From the IMG/VR virus record IMGVR_UViG_3300047501_000022, positions 1 to 41,381 of that record: 41,381 nt of DNA, one strand, 5' to 3'. Made by a program: the position numbers and the translations under genes. The notes beneath the pieces were generated by a model. It saw only the letters and a list, made by a program, of their open reading frames with translations. It was not told the DNA's origin and did not search any database. Shown here in pieces: positions 1 to 7,304 of this stretch; position 1 is the stretch's first letter, and every line of letters starts with the position of its first letter. Source of the stretch: a virus (lineage: Duplodnaviria; Caudoviricetes).

Positions 1-231
1 AGCCATCTGCGGAGAGGCAAAGAAATACAGGCTGCCGTTCGGTTTCAATATGCGCTCGAACTGTTCACACAGAAGCCCAACCCACTCCAGGAACTTGGCT
101 GGCGTGTCCCACTGGTTATCCCATGCCTCGCCTTTCACCTTGTAATAAGGTGGGTCGGTAATGATCGCGTCCACGCTGTTCGCGTCCATTCCGCGCATCA
201 CGTCTATGCAATCTGCATTGTGCAAAATCAT
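1..231 (-). CDS. DNA N6-adenine/N4-cytosine methyltransferase, N-terminal part (runs off the window edge)
   Basis: Not in ORF track; manual translation MILHNADCIDVMRGMDANSVDAIITDPPYYKVKGEAWDNQW...FERILKPNGSLYFF has the DPPY catalytic motif and the RILKPNGS motif of beta-class MTases; AGGA upstream of ATG. Confidence 0.92.
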   Translation of the reverse strand, partial: MILHNADCIDVMRGMDANSVDAIITDPPYYKVKGEAWDNQWDTPAKFLEWVGLLCEQFERILKPNGSLYFFASPQMA

Positions 232-250
232 CGTTATCCTTTGTCAAAAC

Positions 251-318
251 CCCTAACACGTCGCTCAACACGGACGCAGGCGAAGAAGCCGCCTGCGCCG
301 GTTAGCTTTTCGTTAGGG
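251..318 (+). other. attC: Integron attC recombination site (68 bp)
   Basis: CCCTAAC-ACGTC-GCTCAACACGGACGCAGGCG-AAGAAGC-CGCCTGCGCCGGTTAGC-TTTTC-GTTAGGG: complementary R boxes, unpaired central spacers, L boxes and three unpaired bases (C,A,A on plus = G,T,T on the bottom strand). Confidence 0.85.
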
Positions 319-732
319 CCTCAGAATCAACAAGACGCATGGGTGCCAGTCAGATGGCTTTGCCGGATTTGGTTCCCCATCTTCCATCGATAGCCATTGC
401 GGTTTACCCACGTACCGTATTTCGGCTCCAAAATCTTCTGCCATACTGATCGCCCGCATATTGTATATCGGAAGAATCAGAACCGACAGATTCCCGTTTT
501 CTCGTTCAGCTACTGCTTTGTGAAGCCATGCTACCGGGCCAATCTTGCGTTTTCCTGGCACTCGTGCCTCTCCGGTGAAGGGTGGATTCACCCAGTTGCG
601 CTTGCCCCACGGAGCCACAAGGCCGTCAAATCCCTCCGGTCGTGGATGTGGACACGGATCGAAGTCGAAATTAAACTCGTCATTCAGTGTCTTCATCATG
701 TCCGGAGGTGTTACCCAATAATGCTTTTCCAT
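313..732 (-). CDS. Phage Dam-like DNA N6-adenine methyltransferase
   Basis: W-x-TP at the N-terminus, FDFDPC SAM-binding-like motif and WVNPPF catalytic motif. Confidence 0.8.
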   Translation of the reverse strand: MEKHYWVTPPDMMKTLNDEFNFDFDPCPHPRPEGFDGLVAPWGKRNWVNPPFTGEARVPGKRKIGPVAWLHKAVAERENGNLSVLILPIYNMRAISMAEDFGAEIRYVGKPQWLSMEDGEPNPAKPSDWHPCVLLILRP

Positions 733-766
733 GCTCGCCTCTACCCTTGAATAGGTTGCGATAGCG

Positions 767-925
767 TTAACCTACGCTCATTTCCATGAACGCAGCATTT
801 ACAGATCTCAAAGCAAGGGCCATAAGATCAAGGCTCATGCGATCTTCTTCTGCAAGTATTTCCTTGATCCTTTCCCTGGCTTCTCTGCGAAGTTCTTGCC
901 AATATTTATTGCTTCCCTTGTCCAT
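767..925 (-). CDS. Small hypothetical protein (52 aa, [22 protein letters not shown]...)
   Basis: Manual translation; fills the gap between the ATPase and the MTase; GAGGG upstream. Confidence 0.6.
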   Translation of the reverse strand: MDKGSNKYWQELRREARERIKEILAEEDRMSLDLMALALRSVNAAFMEMSVG

Positions 926-937
926 GTCAGTTCCCTC

Positions 938-1903
938 TTATGGGAGAATTGTTTCGGCCTTTTTAAATTCTTCCTTGAGTTTGCTAACATCTGAAGTTGT
1001 CATGAGCCTTTTGTTAGCAGGAGTAGCAACCTTCTTGTCCGTATCGTACAGTTGCTGCTTTGTAGTGCACTGCATGTATTGCCCCAGGATGCTCTTGAAG
1101 ATTTTTTCAGAAGCATCCTGCTTTACAATATCCGATTCTGTCAGGCTTTCCGCATCTCTCGATGCCGTTTCATCTTCTCCTTGGATTTGAGCTTGGTCTT
1201 TTCCCAAAAGAGATAGCAAGGGAGCGATTGTATTATCAAAATCCGGCAAGACTATAACCTTGCCTGCCAGTACCCCAGTGCGATCCTTTTCGACAAAAAG
1301 ACTTGCTACCTGATCCTTGAGAGGGTTCATCCTTAAAAGGATGTGGGGTTCATATGGAGTCTCCCCCTCTGCCTTCATTTTGTATCCGACCTTTTTCATC
1401 TCGCCAGTTTCCTCATCGGTCTCAAAGTCTATGCCCTGGCGACCCAAGATGAATACGTGTAAGGGAGCATTGAGGAGATAGTTTAGCAGATCCTTGTATG
1501 GTTTTTTGATTTGACCCCATGCCTGGATAGGGATAGTCCCTGCCCTGGTGAATTTCCCGGCATAGGCCGCCCTGGCAGCTTCCCATAGATGAGTGATGCT
1601 GTCTATTATCACAATATCATGTTCTGCCGACGACAATCCCTTGACTTCGGCAGCAATCTCAGTGATGGATCGTGTGTATATGGCATCGAAATCAAAGGCT
1701 TTTGTGTGATATTTTCTTCCAATCACATCTTGAGCGTAGAAGTCAGTACCGTGCTCGGTATCGATATATGCTATTCTTTTGCCATTAATTTTTGCCAGCC
1801 CCTCTGCAAACAGAAGCGCAGTGAATGTCTTTCCCGACCCTGGCGGCCCGTAAATCCCCATTTTAAGAAAAGCCTGTTGGGGTTTTGCTTTTTTAAATGC
1901 CAT
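938..1903 (-). CDS. AAA_24-type P-loop ATPase, Sak4-like single-strand annealing protein
   Basis: Walker A GPPGSGKT, YIDTE, Walker B IIDSITHLW, EKDRT motif; phage early-region context. Confidence 0.82.
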   Translation of the reverse strand: MAFKKAKPQQAFLKMGIYGPPGSGKTFTALLFAEGLAKINGKRIAYIDTEHGTDFYAQDVIGRKYHTKAFDFDAIYTRSITEIAAEVKGLSSAEHDIVIIDSITHLWEAARAAYAGKFTRAGTIPIQAWGQIKKPYKDLLNYLLNAPLHVFILGRQGIDFETDEETGEMKKVGYKMKAEGETPYEPHILLRMNPLKDQVASLFVEKDRTGVLAGKVIVLPDFDNTIAPLLSLLGKDQAQIQGEDETASRDAESLTESDIVKQDASEKIFKSILGQYMQCTTKQQLYDTDKKVATPANKRLMTTSDVSKLKEEFKKAETILP

Positions 1904-2081
1904 TGCTATCCTCCCTCTGTAGTGACGATTCCTCTGTAAAGTTCTTTATCTCGAACCTGAAGGCATATGCGTCATATACATAAACCCACTCCTTCCCCTC
2001 TGGAAGTGGGAATATGGTTTGAAGTCGTTCTGATAGGATTTTGTATACCTCCTCTTTCTCGAACGTCACACTTGCTTTCAT
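1893..2081 (-). CDS. Hypothetical protein
   Basis: 62-aa ORF overlapping both neighbours; AAGGTG upstream. Confidence 0.65.
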   Translation of the reverse strand: MKASVTFEKEEVYKILSERLQTIFPLPEGKEWVYVYDAYAFRFEIKNFTEESSLQREDSNGI

Positions 2082-2296
2082 TCCACACCTTCTGCTTTGC
2101 TGGTACCGTTTGCCTCACTCCCGCAGCCTGTCTCAGCTAAGATGGCCTCGGACTCCTTTTCGAGGGTGTCTGCGAGAGACCTTAGAACTTCAGCCCTTCT
2201 TCTTAATAGTTTAGCTGCCTCCTCTCGTCCTTCCCGTTCTTTGATTTGCTGAATCTCCTTGTCGGTCTTACGACCGCCCTTCCTTTTTTCAATCAT
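2078..2296 (-). CDS. Hypothetical protein, first gene of the leftward early operon
   Basis: Strong AAGGAGGTG RBS; basic helical protein. Confidence 0.7.
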   Translation of the reverse strand: MIEKRKGGRKTDKEIQQIKEREGREEAAKLLRRRAEVLRSLADTLEKESEAILAETGCGSEANGTSKAEGVE

Positions 2297-2318
2297 TTCG
2301 GCACCTCCTTTTTCTATA

Positions 2319-2434
2319 TTTTAATTCATGTTTACATTAATGTAAAATGAAAACTTTAAATAACATAATTACTTTTGCTTATACATGTTGACAAAAAATA
2401 GAATGCTATGAGATAATGTAAGCATGAATAAAAA
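2319..2434. promoter_or_regulatory. Divergent control region with operator-like inverted repeats
   Basis: AT-rich; perfect palindrome TTTACATTAATGTAAA (2331-2346); ATTCATGTTTACATTA (2324-2339) inverted with one mismatch at 2414-2429; TTGACA (2388-2393)-18 bp-GATAAT (2412-2417) on plus. Confidence 0.65.
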
Positions 2435-2603
2435 AGGTCGCCCAAGAATGCCGGAAGATCAACGAAGGATAAAGGTAGTAAATGTCAGATTGACTGCTTT
2501 GGAATATGAGAACCTTGAGCGGAACTCCATAATTTGGAATACTTCCATAAGTGGAGTGTTGCGACAGTACATCCAACGGGAAATCAACTCGTCCGGTCCT
2601 TGA
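2424..2603 (+). CDS. Ribbon-helix-helix-like DNA-binding protein (59 aa)
   Basis: Not in ORF track; MNKKGRPRMPEDQRRIKVVNVRLTALEYENLERNSIIWNTSISGVLRQYIQRE: GRP arm, alternating beta strand, two helices. Confidence 0.7.
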   Translation: MNKKGRPRMPEDQRRIKVVNVRLTALEYENLERNSIIWNTSISGVLRQYIQREINSSGP

Positions 2604-2688
2604 CCGGCATATCGCTTACCAGGGAAGCGTAAGTGCCCTGGAGTCACTTTTACAGTGGCATCGCATTGTTCTCTCAGTAACGCACTAA

Positions 2689-2725
2689 CCCTCCGTGCTT
2701 GTGATGGGGCACGGAGGGAACTTTT
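2689..2725 (+). terminator. Putative intrinsic terminator/hairpin
   Basis: CCCTCCGTGC-10 nt-GCACGGAGGG followed by AACTTTT. Confidence 0.5.
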
Positions 2726-2770
2726 ATGGAACGGAAAAAATATGATGAGTTGCCATGGAGGATCTGAAAT

Positions 2771-3013
2771 ATGAGTTGGGGTGAAAGAAGTTGCACTTAT
2801 CTTTTCGATCTCAAAAAGCCATGCAAACCGACTTTGTTCTGTTGCAATGCAAACTGCCATTTCTATGAATGGGACAACACAACCGTTCCAGACTCAAAAG
2901 TGATAGTGTCCTATCCTGCCGTGACTTCCCATCGTAAATGCGGAAAGTGCGGGGAAGAGATGAGACACCACGGATGGAACCACGCCACAGGTGAGGCAAT
3001 ATGCCTTTCATAA
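2771..3013 (+). CDS. Cys-rich hypothetical protein, probable zinc binding
   Basis: GGAGG RBS; CCNANC and CGKC motifs. Confidence 0.55.
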   Translation: MSWGERSCTYLFDLKKPCKPTLFCCNANCHFYEWDNTTVPDSKVIVSYPAVTSHRKCGKCGEEMRHHGWNHATGEAICLS

Positions 3014-3034
3014 AAATGGGAGGGGGGTAAATTT

Positions 3035-3244
3035 ATGAGCATGAAAAAAATATATTCATGTGACATTTGCAGGAACACGGCAGAAGATCCATCTGATTTG
3101 TTTGGGTTATATTTCAAAGATCAAACACGCTTTACATTGGGCGCATATGGATGTACCGATGGAACGCATATTTGCTATGACTGTGCAAGACAACTTGCGG
3201 AACTTTTAAGCAACTCTGAAATAAGGGGGATATTAAACATCTAA
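3035..3244 (+). CDS. Zinc-finger-like hypothetical protein
   Basis: YSCDIC...HICYDC; GGAGGGG RBS. Confidence 0.65.
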   Translation: MSMKKIYSCDICRNTAEDPSDLFGLYFKDQTRFTLGAYGCTDGTHICYDCARQLAELLSNSEIRGILNI

Positions 3245-3254
3245 GGAGGAAAAA

Positions 3255-3443
3255 ATGAAAGCTCCCTTGGTAGCAATCGTGGCTCTGTCTGTCTTCGTTT
3301 TACTGGTGTGCTTCGGATGTGTGACAAACAGCATAATACCCAAACAAGATATTGCGGAAATACAAGCCGTATCTAAAGCAGGCAACAGTGATTCTTATGG
3401 TTGCTTCACGGGAGTTATCCGTGGATCTTCTCGGGCGTGGTAG
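3255..3443 (+). CDS. Putative small lipoprotein/membrane protein
   Basis: AAGGAGG RBS; MK + hydrophobic stretch ending CFGC. Confidence 0.6.
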   Translation: MKAPLVAIVALSVFVLLVCFGCVTNSIIPKQDIAEIQAVSKAGNSDSYGCFTGVIRGSSRAW

Positions 3444-3487
3444 GCGGGGAGACAAAATGGAGCGTCTAATGAAGTTTCTTTGAATGC

Positions 3488-3618
3488 AAAAAAAGGAGTA
3501 TGATTGCAGATACTTAGACGGTTAAAACCGTCTCTTACGGAGGGCTTTCGCCTCCAGCCCTGTTTAGATTCCATCAGGCCGCCAGGGTCGCCGGACTGCC
3601 TCTGCAATTCATCCTCTC
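3488..3618 (-). ncRNA. Candidate structured small RNA (~130 nt, multi-way junction)
   Basis: TATAAT 7 nt upstream; 5' and 3' ends pair (GAGGAUGAAUUGCAGA / UCUGCAAUCAUACUC); internal stems CCCUG/CAGGG, GGAGGC-GAAA-GCCCUCC, AGACGGU-UUUA-ACCGUCU; ends in U7. Confidence 0.6.
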
Positions 3619-3624
3619 AATTGT

Positions 3625-3656
3625 ATTATACGATATTTCGAGTGGTTTGTATCGCC
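3625..3656 (-). promoter_or_regulatory. Promoter GGCGATACAAACC-N13-TATAAT, copy 1
   Basis: 13-bp motif identical to 6319-6331; GATACA lies 17 bp from a perfect TATAAT. Confidence 0.65.
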
Positions 3657-3699
3657 TGAATAGACTTATAAGTAAATTTAATACTCAAGGAGGGTTGAA

Positions 3700-3999
3700 G
3701 TGAAAAATATAAACAAACTTGACTTGGAGTTGGGGATTGCAATGGTCTATGCAATTGCAGTCGGCATTTTTGTACTAGTAGCGTTGACATCCTGCGCTAC
3801 GGTATCCACAGATGTCATAGCCGTAGATGGGACTATATGCAAAGCCCAGGCAAGTTCTCTTTTTCTAGGTGTTAGCAATGTCAAGATGAAAGGATGCGGG
3901 GCAGCTGTAAGTGCCGAAAAGACTGAGGTTGATAGTGATACGCTAGGTGCTATATTGAAGGCTATCGGCTCGACATTGTCAAAATCCAAGGAGGAGTAG
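3700..3999 (+). CDS. Putative lipoprotein
   Basis: AAGGAGGG RBS; hydrophobic segment ending in lipobox LTSC; two further Cys. Confidence 0.75.
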   Translation: MKNINKLDLELGIAMVYAIAVGIFVLVALTSCATVSTDVIAVDGTICKAQASSLFLGVSNVKMKGCGAAVSAEKTEVDSDTLGAILKAIGSTLSKSKEE

Positions 4000-4060
4000 A
4001 CATTTGCTTATTCCATATGCTATTATTTCTTAATCTGTCTCATCCACCTCCTTTCGTGCT

Positions 4061-4099
4061 GGGCAGAGACGCCCTCCAACGTCTCTGCCCTTTTATTTT
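4061..4099 (+). terminator. Intrinsic terminator between convergent units
   Basis: GGGCAGAGACG-8 nt-CGTCTCTGCCC then TTTTATTTT. Confidence 0.8.
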
Positions 4100-4187
4100 A
4101 GAACGTAGCTACTATTGTGGCTATAAACACACCCACGAAACTTGACACACCAGCCATGAAAACAATAAAGTCTATTGTGTCTGCCAT
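4098..4187 (-). CDS. 29-aa hydrophobic peptide MADTIDFIVFMAGVSSFVGVFIATIVATF
   Basis: Manual translation; AAGGAG upstream; single TM-length hydrophobic stretch. Confidence 0.45.
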   Translation of the reverse strand: MADTIDFIVFMAGVSSFVGVFIATIVATF

Positions 4188-4229
4188 GATGCCTTCTCCT
4201 TATACTTTATTCATTCTCATACCATTGCT

Positions 4230-4273
4230 TGTCTTCTCTGTCGCTAATCGATCCTGGGGCATCCTCGTGAGGC
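4230..4273. repeat. Dispersed 44-bp element, copy 1 (copy 2 at 21479-21522)
   Basis: 37/44 identical, same orientation, shared core TAATCGATCCTGGG. Confidence 0.8.
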
Positions 4274-4392
4274 AAGTTGCCCATATATGGAGGATACAAG
4301 ATCAGATTCAGCAGTTGACGGCAGTAAAGCATACAGACTAAGTACCACAGATTCATCCCCGGATGCCCTCCTTATCCATCGGCGTTGCGATG

Positions 4393-4539
4393 CTATCCCG
4401 CCTCAACCTCATAAAGATAACCATGATAGGGGGTAGAATTGCAGGAGTCAAGCAAGTCAAGTGCATCAGACAACTTCATATTTGATGCTAACTCTTCTAC
4501 TTCCCCTACTTGGTCAGTCGCAATTAATCTGTAGGTCAT
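4393..4539 (-). CDS. Small hypothetical protein (likely start MTYRLIATD)
   Basis: AAGGAGGAG RBS before ATG at 4539. Confidence 0.6.
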   Translation of the reverse strand: MTYRLIATDQVGEVEELASNMKLSDALDLLDSCNSTPYHGYLYEVEAG

Positions 4540-4729
4540 TTTCTGCTCCTCCTTATATACAAACAATAATAATAATAGCAATCAATATTAGCATACACCA
4601 TATGATTGCATTTTTTTCATATCCAATCCTTTCCCCCATCCAATTGGATATAGCCCCTCCGACAGCTCCACAAAAAATAAAAAGGAAAACCAGAACCAAA
4701 TCTTTCATCATCTCCTCCTTCCTCCATAG

Positions 4730-4960
4730 TTAAAGGACGCATACAGTAGCCGTCATAGCCTCAGTATCGAACTCTACGGCCAGGTATTCTTCGTATTCAA
4801 ACCATTTTCCCATCTTCTTGATCTCTTTCTCGGTTCTCAGTTCAATCAGGCTTTCTTCTTCGTCCTCCGGCAATCCCATTGCCTTAACTTCTTGCGTTAC
4901 CGCTTCCTGCACTGTGTCGTACATCGTGTCAGGGTCTTTCATCGTTATTTTTATTTTCAT
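4730..4960 (-). CDS. Acidic hypothetical protein (likely start MKIKITMKDPD)
   Basis: AAGGAGGAG RBS before ATG at 4960. Confidence 0.7.
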   Translation of the reverse strand: MKIKITMKDPDTMYDTVQEAVTQEVKAMGLPEDEEESLIELRTEKEIKKMGKWFEYEEYLAVEFDTEAMTATVCVL

Positions 4961-4974
4961 CGTCTCCTCCTTCC

Positions 4975-5238
4975 TCAATCCAATCCGTCACGGCAAGCGC
5001 CGAAGACGTCTGTCCTCCGGTCAGTCTTCCATCCGGAAGTGTAGTTTGGCTCTTTTGCTATCTTTTCTTTCCAGTAGCAAAACGGGCAGATCCTTTTCCC
5101 GTCCTCGGTGGTAACGACCTTGTGATACTTCCCCGTGATTACCCGAGGCCTGTAAAACTTGCCACACTCACTGCATGTGTTGTTATCCTTCCAAGATTGG
5201 AATGCCTCTGCGAATGATTTCTCCCCTTCTTCTGTCAT
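4975..5238 (-). CDS. Zinc-binding hypothetical protein (likely start MTEEGEK)
   Basis: AAGGAGGAG RBS; CSEC...CPFC. Confidence 0.65.
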   Translation of the reverse strand: MTEEGEKSFAEAFQSWKDNNTCSECGKFYRPRVITGKYHKVVTTEDGKRICPFCYWKEKIAKEPNYTSGWKTDRRTDVFGACRDGLD

Positions 5239-5239
5239 T

Positions 5240-5401
5240 TTACTCCTCCTTTTCCCTGTTTTGGTCAAACCATAACCGTAATGCATCTCTCACGATACTA
5301 GCCATGCTGACACGGTGGACGTACGACTCAACCCTCAACTCATCGTGCATATCAGGCGGTATGCGGACCACAAATGACACAACTTCCTGTCCCAGTTTCA
5401 T
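5240..5401 (-). CDS. Arc-like ribbon-helix-helix DNA-binding protein (53 aa)
   Basis: Not in ORF track; MKLGQEVVSFVVRIPPDMHDELRVESYVHRVSMASIVRDALRLWF fits the Arc/CopG pattern. Confidence 0.75.
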   Translation of the reverse strand: MKLGQEVVSFVVRIPPDMHDELRVESYVHRVSMASIVRDALRLWFDQNREKEE

Positions 5402-5667
5402 CTCCCTATCTCCTCCTTTTGTTTTTTGTTTGATTCCCTCACTTTGCGCTCCGCGGCTTTACTCCGTTTGATCCACAGATCACAGGTCCACGTGCCTATT
5501 ACGGCACGTTGCGATTTAGGAAGGTAGTCCCACGCGGTGCAGTACCCTTGCTTCCGGGTTGCGCTGTCTGCTGGCGAGTAGGATATGCATTTGGCGCAGC
5601 ATCGTGCCTCTCTGTACCTATTGTTAAATCTCATTGTGCGGCTAAATTCCGTTAGTACCTGTGCCAT
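5398..5667 (-). CDS. Cys-rich hypothetical protein
   Basis: GAGGAGGT RBS; CxxC...C...C pattern. Confidence 0.65.
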   Translation of the reverse strand: MAQVLTEFSRTMRFNNRYREARCCAKCISYSPADSATRKQGYCTAWDYLPKSQRAVIGTWTCDLWIKRSKAAERKVRESNKKQKEEIGR

Positions 5668-5679
5668 TGTACACCTCCT

Positions 5680-5859
5680 CTAGTTGATATAGTGCTGTAT
5701 TTCAGCATAAACAATGCTTATACCTGTTGCATTGTTTTCGATTACATAGCAGTTCGGATTGTTACCGCTATCTGCAATGATTCCGGCAGCTTCTTGCAAG
5801 GTTTCTACCTGTTGCCTCGTTTGCTGTATACAGCCCTTATAAACTACATCGTACCTCAT
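5680..5859 (-). CDS. Small hypothetical protein (59 aa, MRYDVVYKG...)
   Basis: Manual translation; fills the operon gap. Confidence 0.55.
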   Translation of the reverse strand: MRYDVVYKGCIQQTRQQVETLQEAAGIIADSGNNPNCYVIENNATGISIVYAEIQHYIN

Positions 5860-5867
5860 CTCTCTAC

Positions 5868-6041
5868 CTACTCCTCTTCTTCACAAAGAAAATTCCCTTG
5901 CATGTCGTAAATCTTGGCATTGTCGGTGTGATCCATGCAATCGCCGAACACCTTGATTGCATAGTCAAGGGCTTCTTTCTGGTTTTTGCAACCTTCAATT
6001 GTCCTGCTTGTGTTGCCACATATTGCCTTATATTTTGTCAT
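5868..6041 (-). CDS. Small hypothetical protein (57 aa, MTKYKAICG...)
   Basis: Manual translation; AAGGAGGGG RBS. Confidence 0.6.
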   Translation of the reverse strand: MTKYKAICGNTSRTIEGCKNQKEALDYAIKVFGDCMDHTDNAKIYDMQGNFLCEEEE

Positions 6042-6044
6042 TTC

Positions 6045-6260
6045 CTACCCCTCCTTGACTGTCATATTGCCCTTATGGATGCTAAGCAATACGTGTGAAA
6101 GTATGTAAGTATAATCCTTATCTTGGAAGTTCAGGATTATTTTGTCGTTTCCCTGGATAATCTCCTTTACTTTTACTTCCTTCCCCCCGCCTACGAGGGT
6201 TTTCCCCACTTCCAAGCCACTCTCTCTCATTACCCTGTCTCCATCGATTCCCGTTGCCAT
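6045..6260 (-). CDS. Hypothetical protein (likely start MATGIDG)
   Basis: AAGGAGGAG RBS before ATG at 6260. Confidence 0.65.
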   Translation of the reverse strand: MATGIDGDRVMRESGLEVGKTLVGGGKEVKVKEIIQGNDKIILNFQDKDYTYILSHVLLSIHKGNMTVKEG

Positions 6261-6296
6261 CTCACTCCTCCTTTTGTTGTTTTTTGATTCCATGAT

Positions 6297-6331
6297 ATTA
6301 TAATACTACATTTTTTAGGGTTTGTATCGCC
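6297..6331 (-). promoter_or_regulatory. Promoter GGCGATACAAACC-N13-TATTAT(AAT), copy 2
   Basis: Same motif and spacing as 3625-3656; heads the leftward small-gene operon. Confidence 0.65.
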
Positions 6332-6493
6332 GAAATACGAGTATAAAAAAAAATAATACTGGGTACAGTTGAATCCCAAGGATTGCTTATACGGGGGCCT
6401 ATATTTAATTTTCTTATTTTCATATTCTAGCGATAAATCGTGATTAAACTAGATTATAATCAAATCAAACAAGATGAAGGGAGGATCTGGAAA

Positions 6494-6871
6494 ATGAAAA
6501 AGAATCTGATTATAGTAGTAATGGCAGTAATGCTTTGCTTTGTCAACACTGCAAGTTCGGAGGATTTCGGCATTGGCCCTTTTGACGAAATCCAGGCAAT
6601 AGCAATGAGCTCGGGATATCCGACGGAAGGTTACTATGCCTACAAGACCAAGACGCATCTTCTTGCCGTAAGTGAGGATGGGCATATCACGATTGCAAAA
6701 CTAACAAAAAAGGGAGATTGGGATTTCAGTGTCAATTACAGTAAAACAGGCAGGGACTATTACCTTGCAAAATTTGCCGACGGGAAGCCAAAGATTATGC
6801 TTTTGGAATGGGATACAGCATGGAAGTTGGCTTATGAACAACTCGGTGCCATGAAAAGCGCAAGGAGGTAG
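6494..6871 (+). CDS. Secreted hypothetical protein (likely start MKKNLII)
   Basis: GGGAGG RBS; signal-peptide-like MKKNLIIVVMAVMLCFVNTASS. Confidence 0.7.
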   Translation: MKKNLIIVVMAVMLCFVNTASSEDFGIGPFDEIQAIAMSSGYPTEGYYAYKTKTHLLAVSEDGHITIAKLTKKGDWDFSVNYSKTGRDYYLAKFADGKPKIMLLEWDTAWKLAYEQLGAMKSARR

Positions 6872-6917
6872 AGATGAAAAAGTTTATCGTCAAGGCTCAT
6901 TCGATTCACTGGATCGA

Positions 6918-7304
6918 ATGAGGAGAGATATGGAAAAAAAAGAAAAGATATCTGAAATTAAACCGGCGCCCACCGGGGTCGGCATGAATCCACTTATTAT
7001 TCTCTATGATGCCGTTAATTTTATTTCCGTACAATACTCTGACAACATAAAGGCTACATTAGCTACTAGAAGCGAAGGGGCTGGCGAAGCTATTGCTAAC
7101 TTTTTAAGATACCATTTCAAGGAATTTGATGAATGTCATTTCGCAGGACTCATCATCATGGGAAGGTTCCTAAAAACGAGGAAGATAGACTATCGTATTG
7201 CTCCAACGGGAGGAATGAAATGGTGGCAGTGTTTGATGACGCATTGCATGTTGAAAATGACAACCTGGATAGTCAATTATCAATGTGAACACAAAAGTGG
7301 GTAA
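6918..7304 (+). CDS. Hypothetical protein
   Basis: 128-aa ORF; second Met follows GAGGAG. Confidence 0.6.
   Translation: MRRDMEKKEKISEIKPAPTGVGMNPLIILYDAVNFISVQYSDNIKATLATRSEGAGEAIANFLRYHFKEFDECHFAGLIIMGRFLKTRKIDYRIAPTGGMKWWQCLMTHCMLKMTTWIVNYQCEHKSG

Noticed and set aside
2615-2660. Pistol ribozyme
   Set aside because: P1 with a loop pseudoknot is similar, but the P2 stem and conserved linker are missing
2459-3117. Minus-strand ORFs 2459..2860, 2811..3011 and 2911..3117
   Set aside because: Overlap better-supported plus-strand genes that have RBSs
3488-3618. Hammerhead ribozyme (CUGAUG and CGAAA present)
   Set aside because: Core reads CUGAUGG, and GAAA is a tetraloop rather than a junction strand; stem topology does not fit
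4024-4043. Micro-ORF MRQIKK after a perfect AAAGGAGGTG on minus
   Set aside because: Six codons only; cannot be supported as a gene from sequence alone
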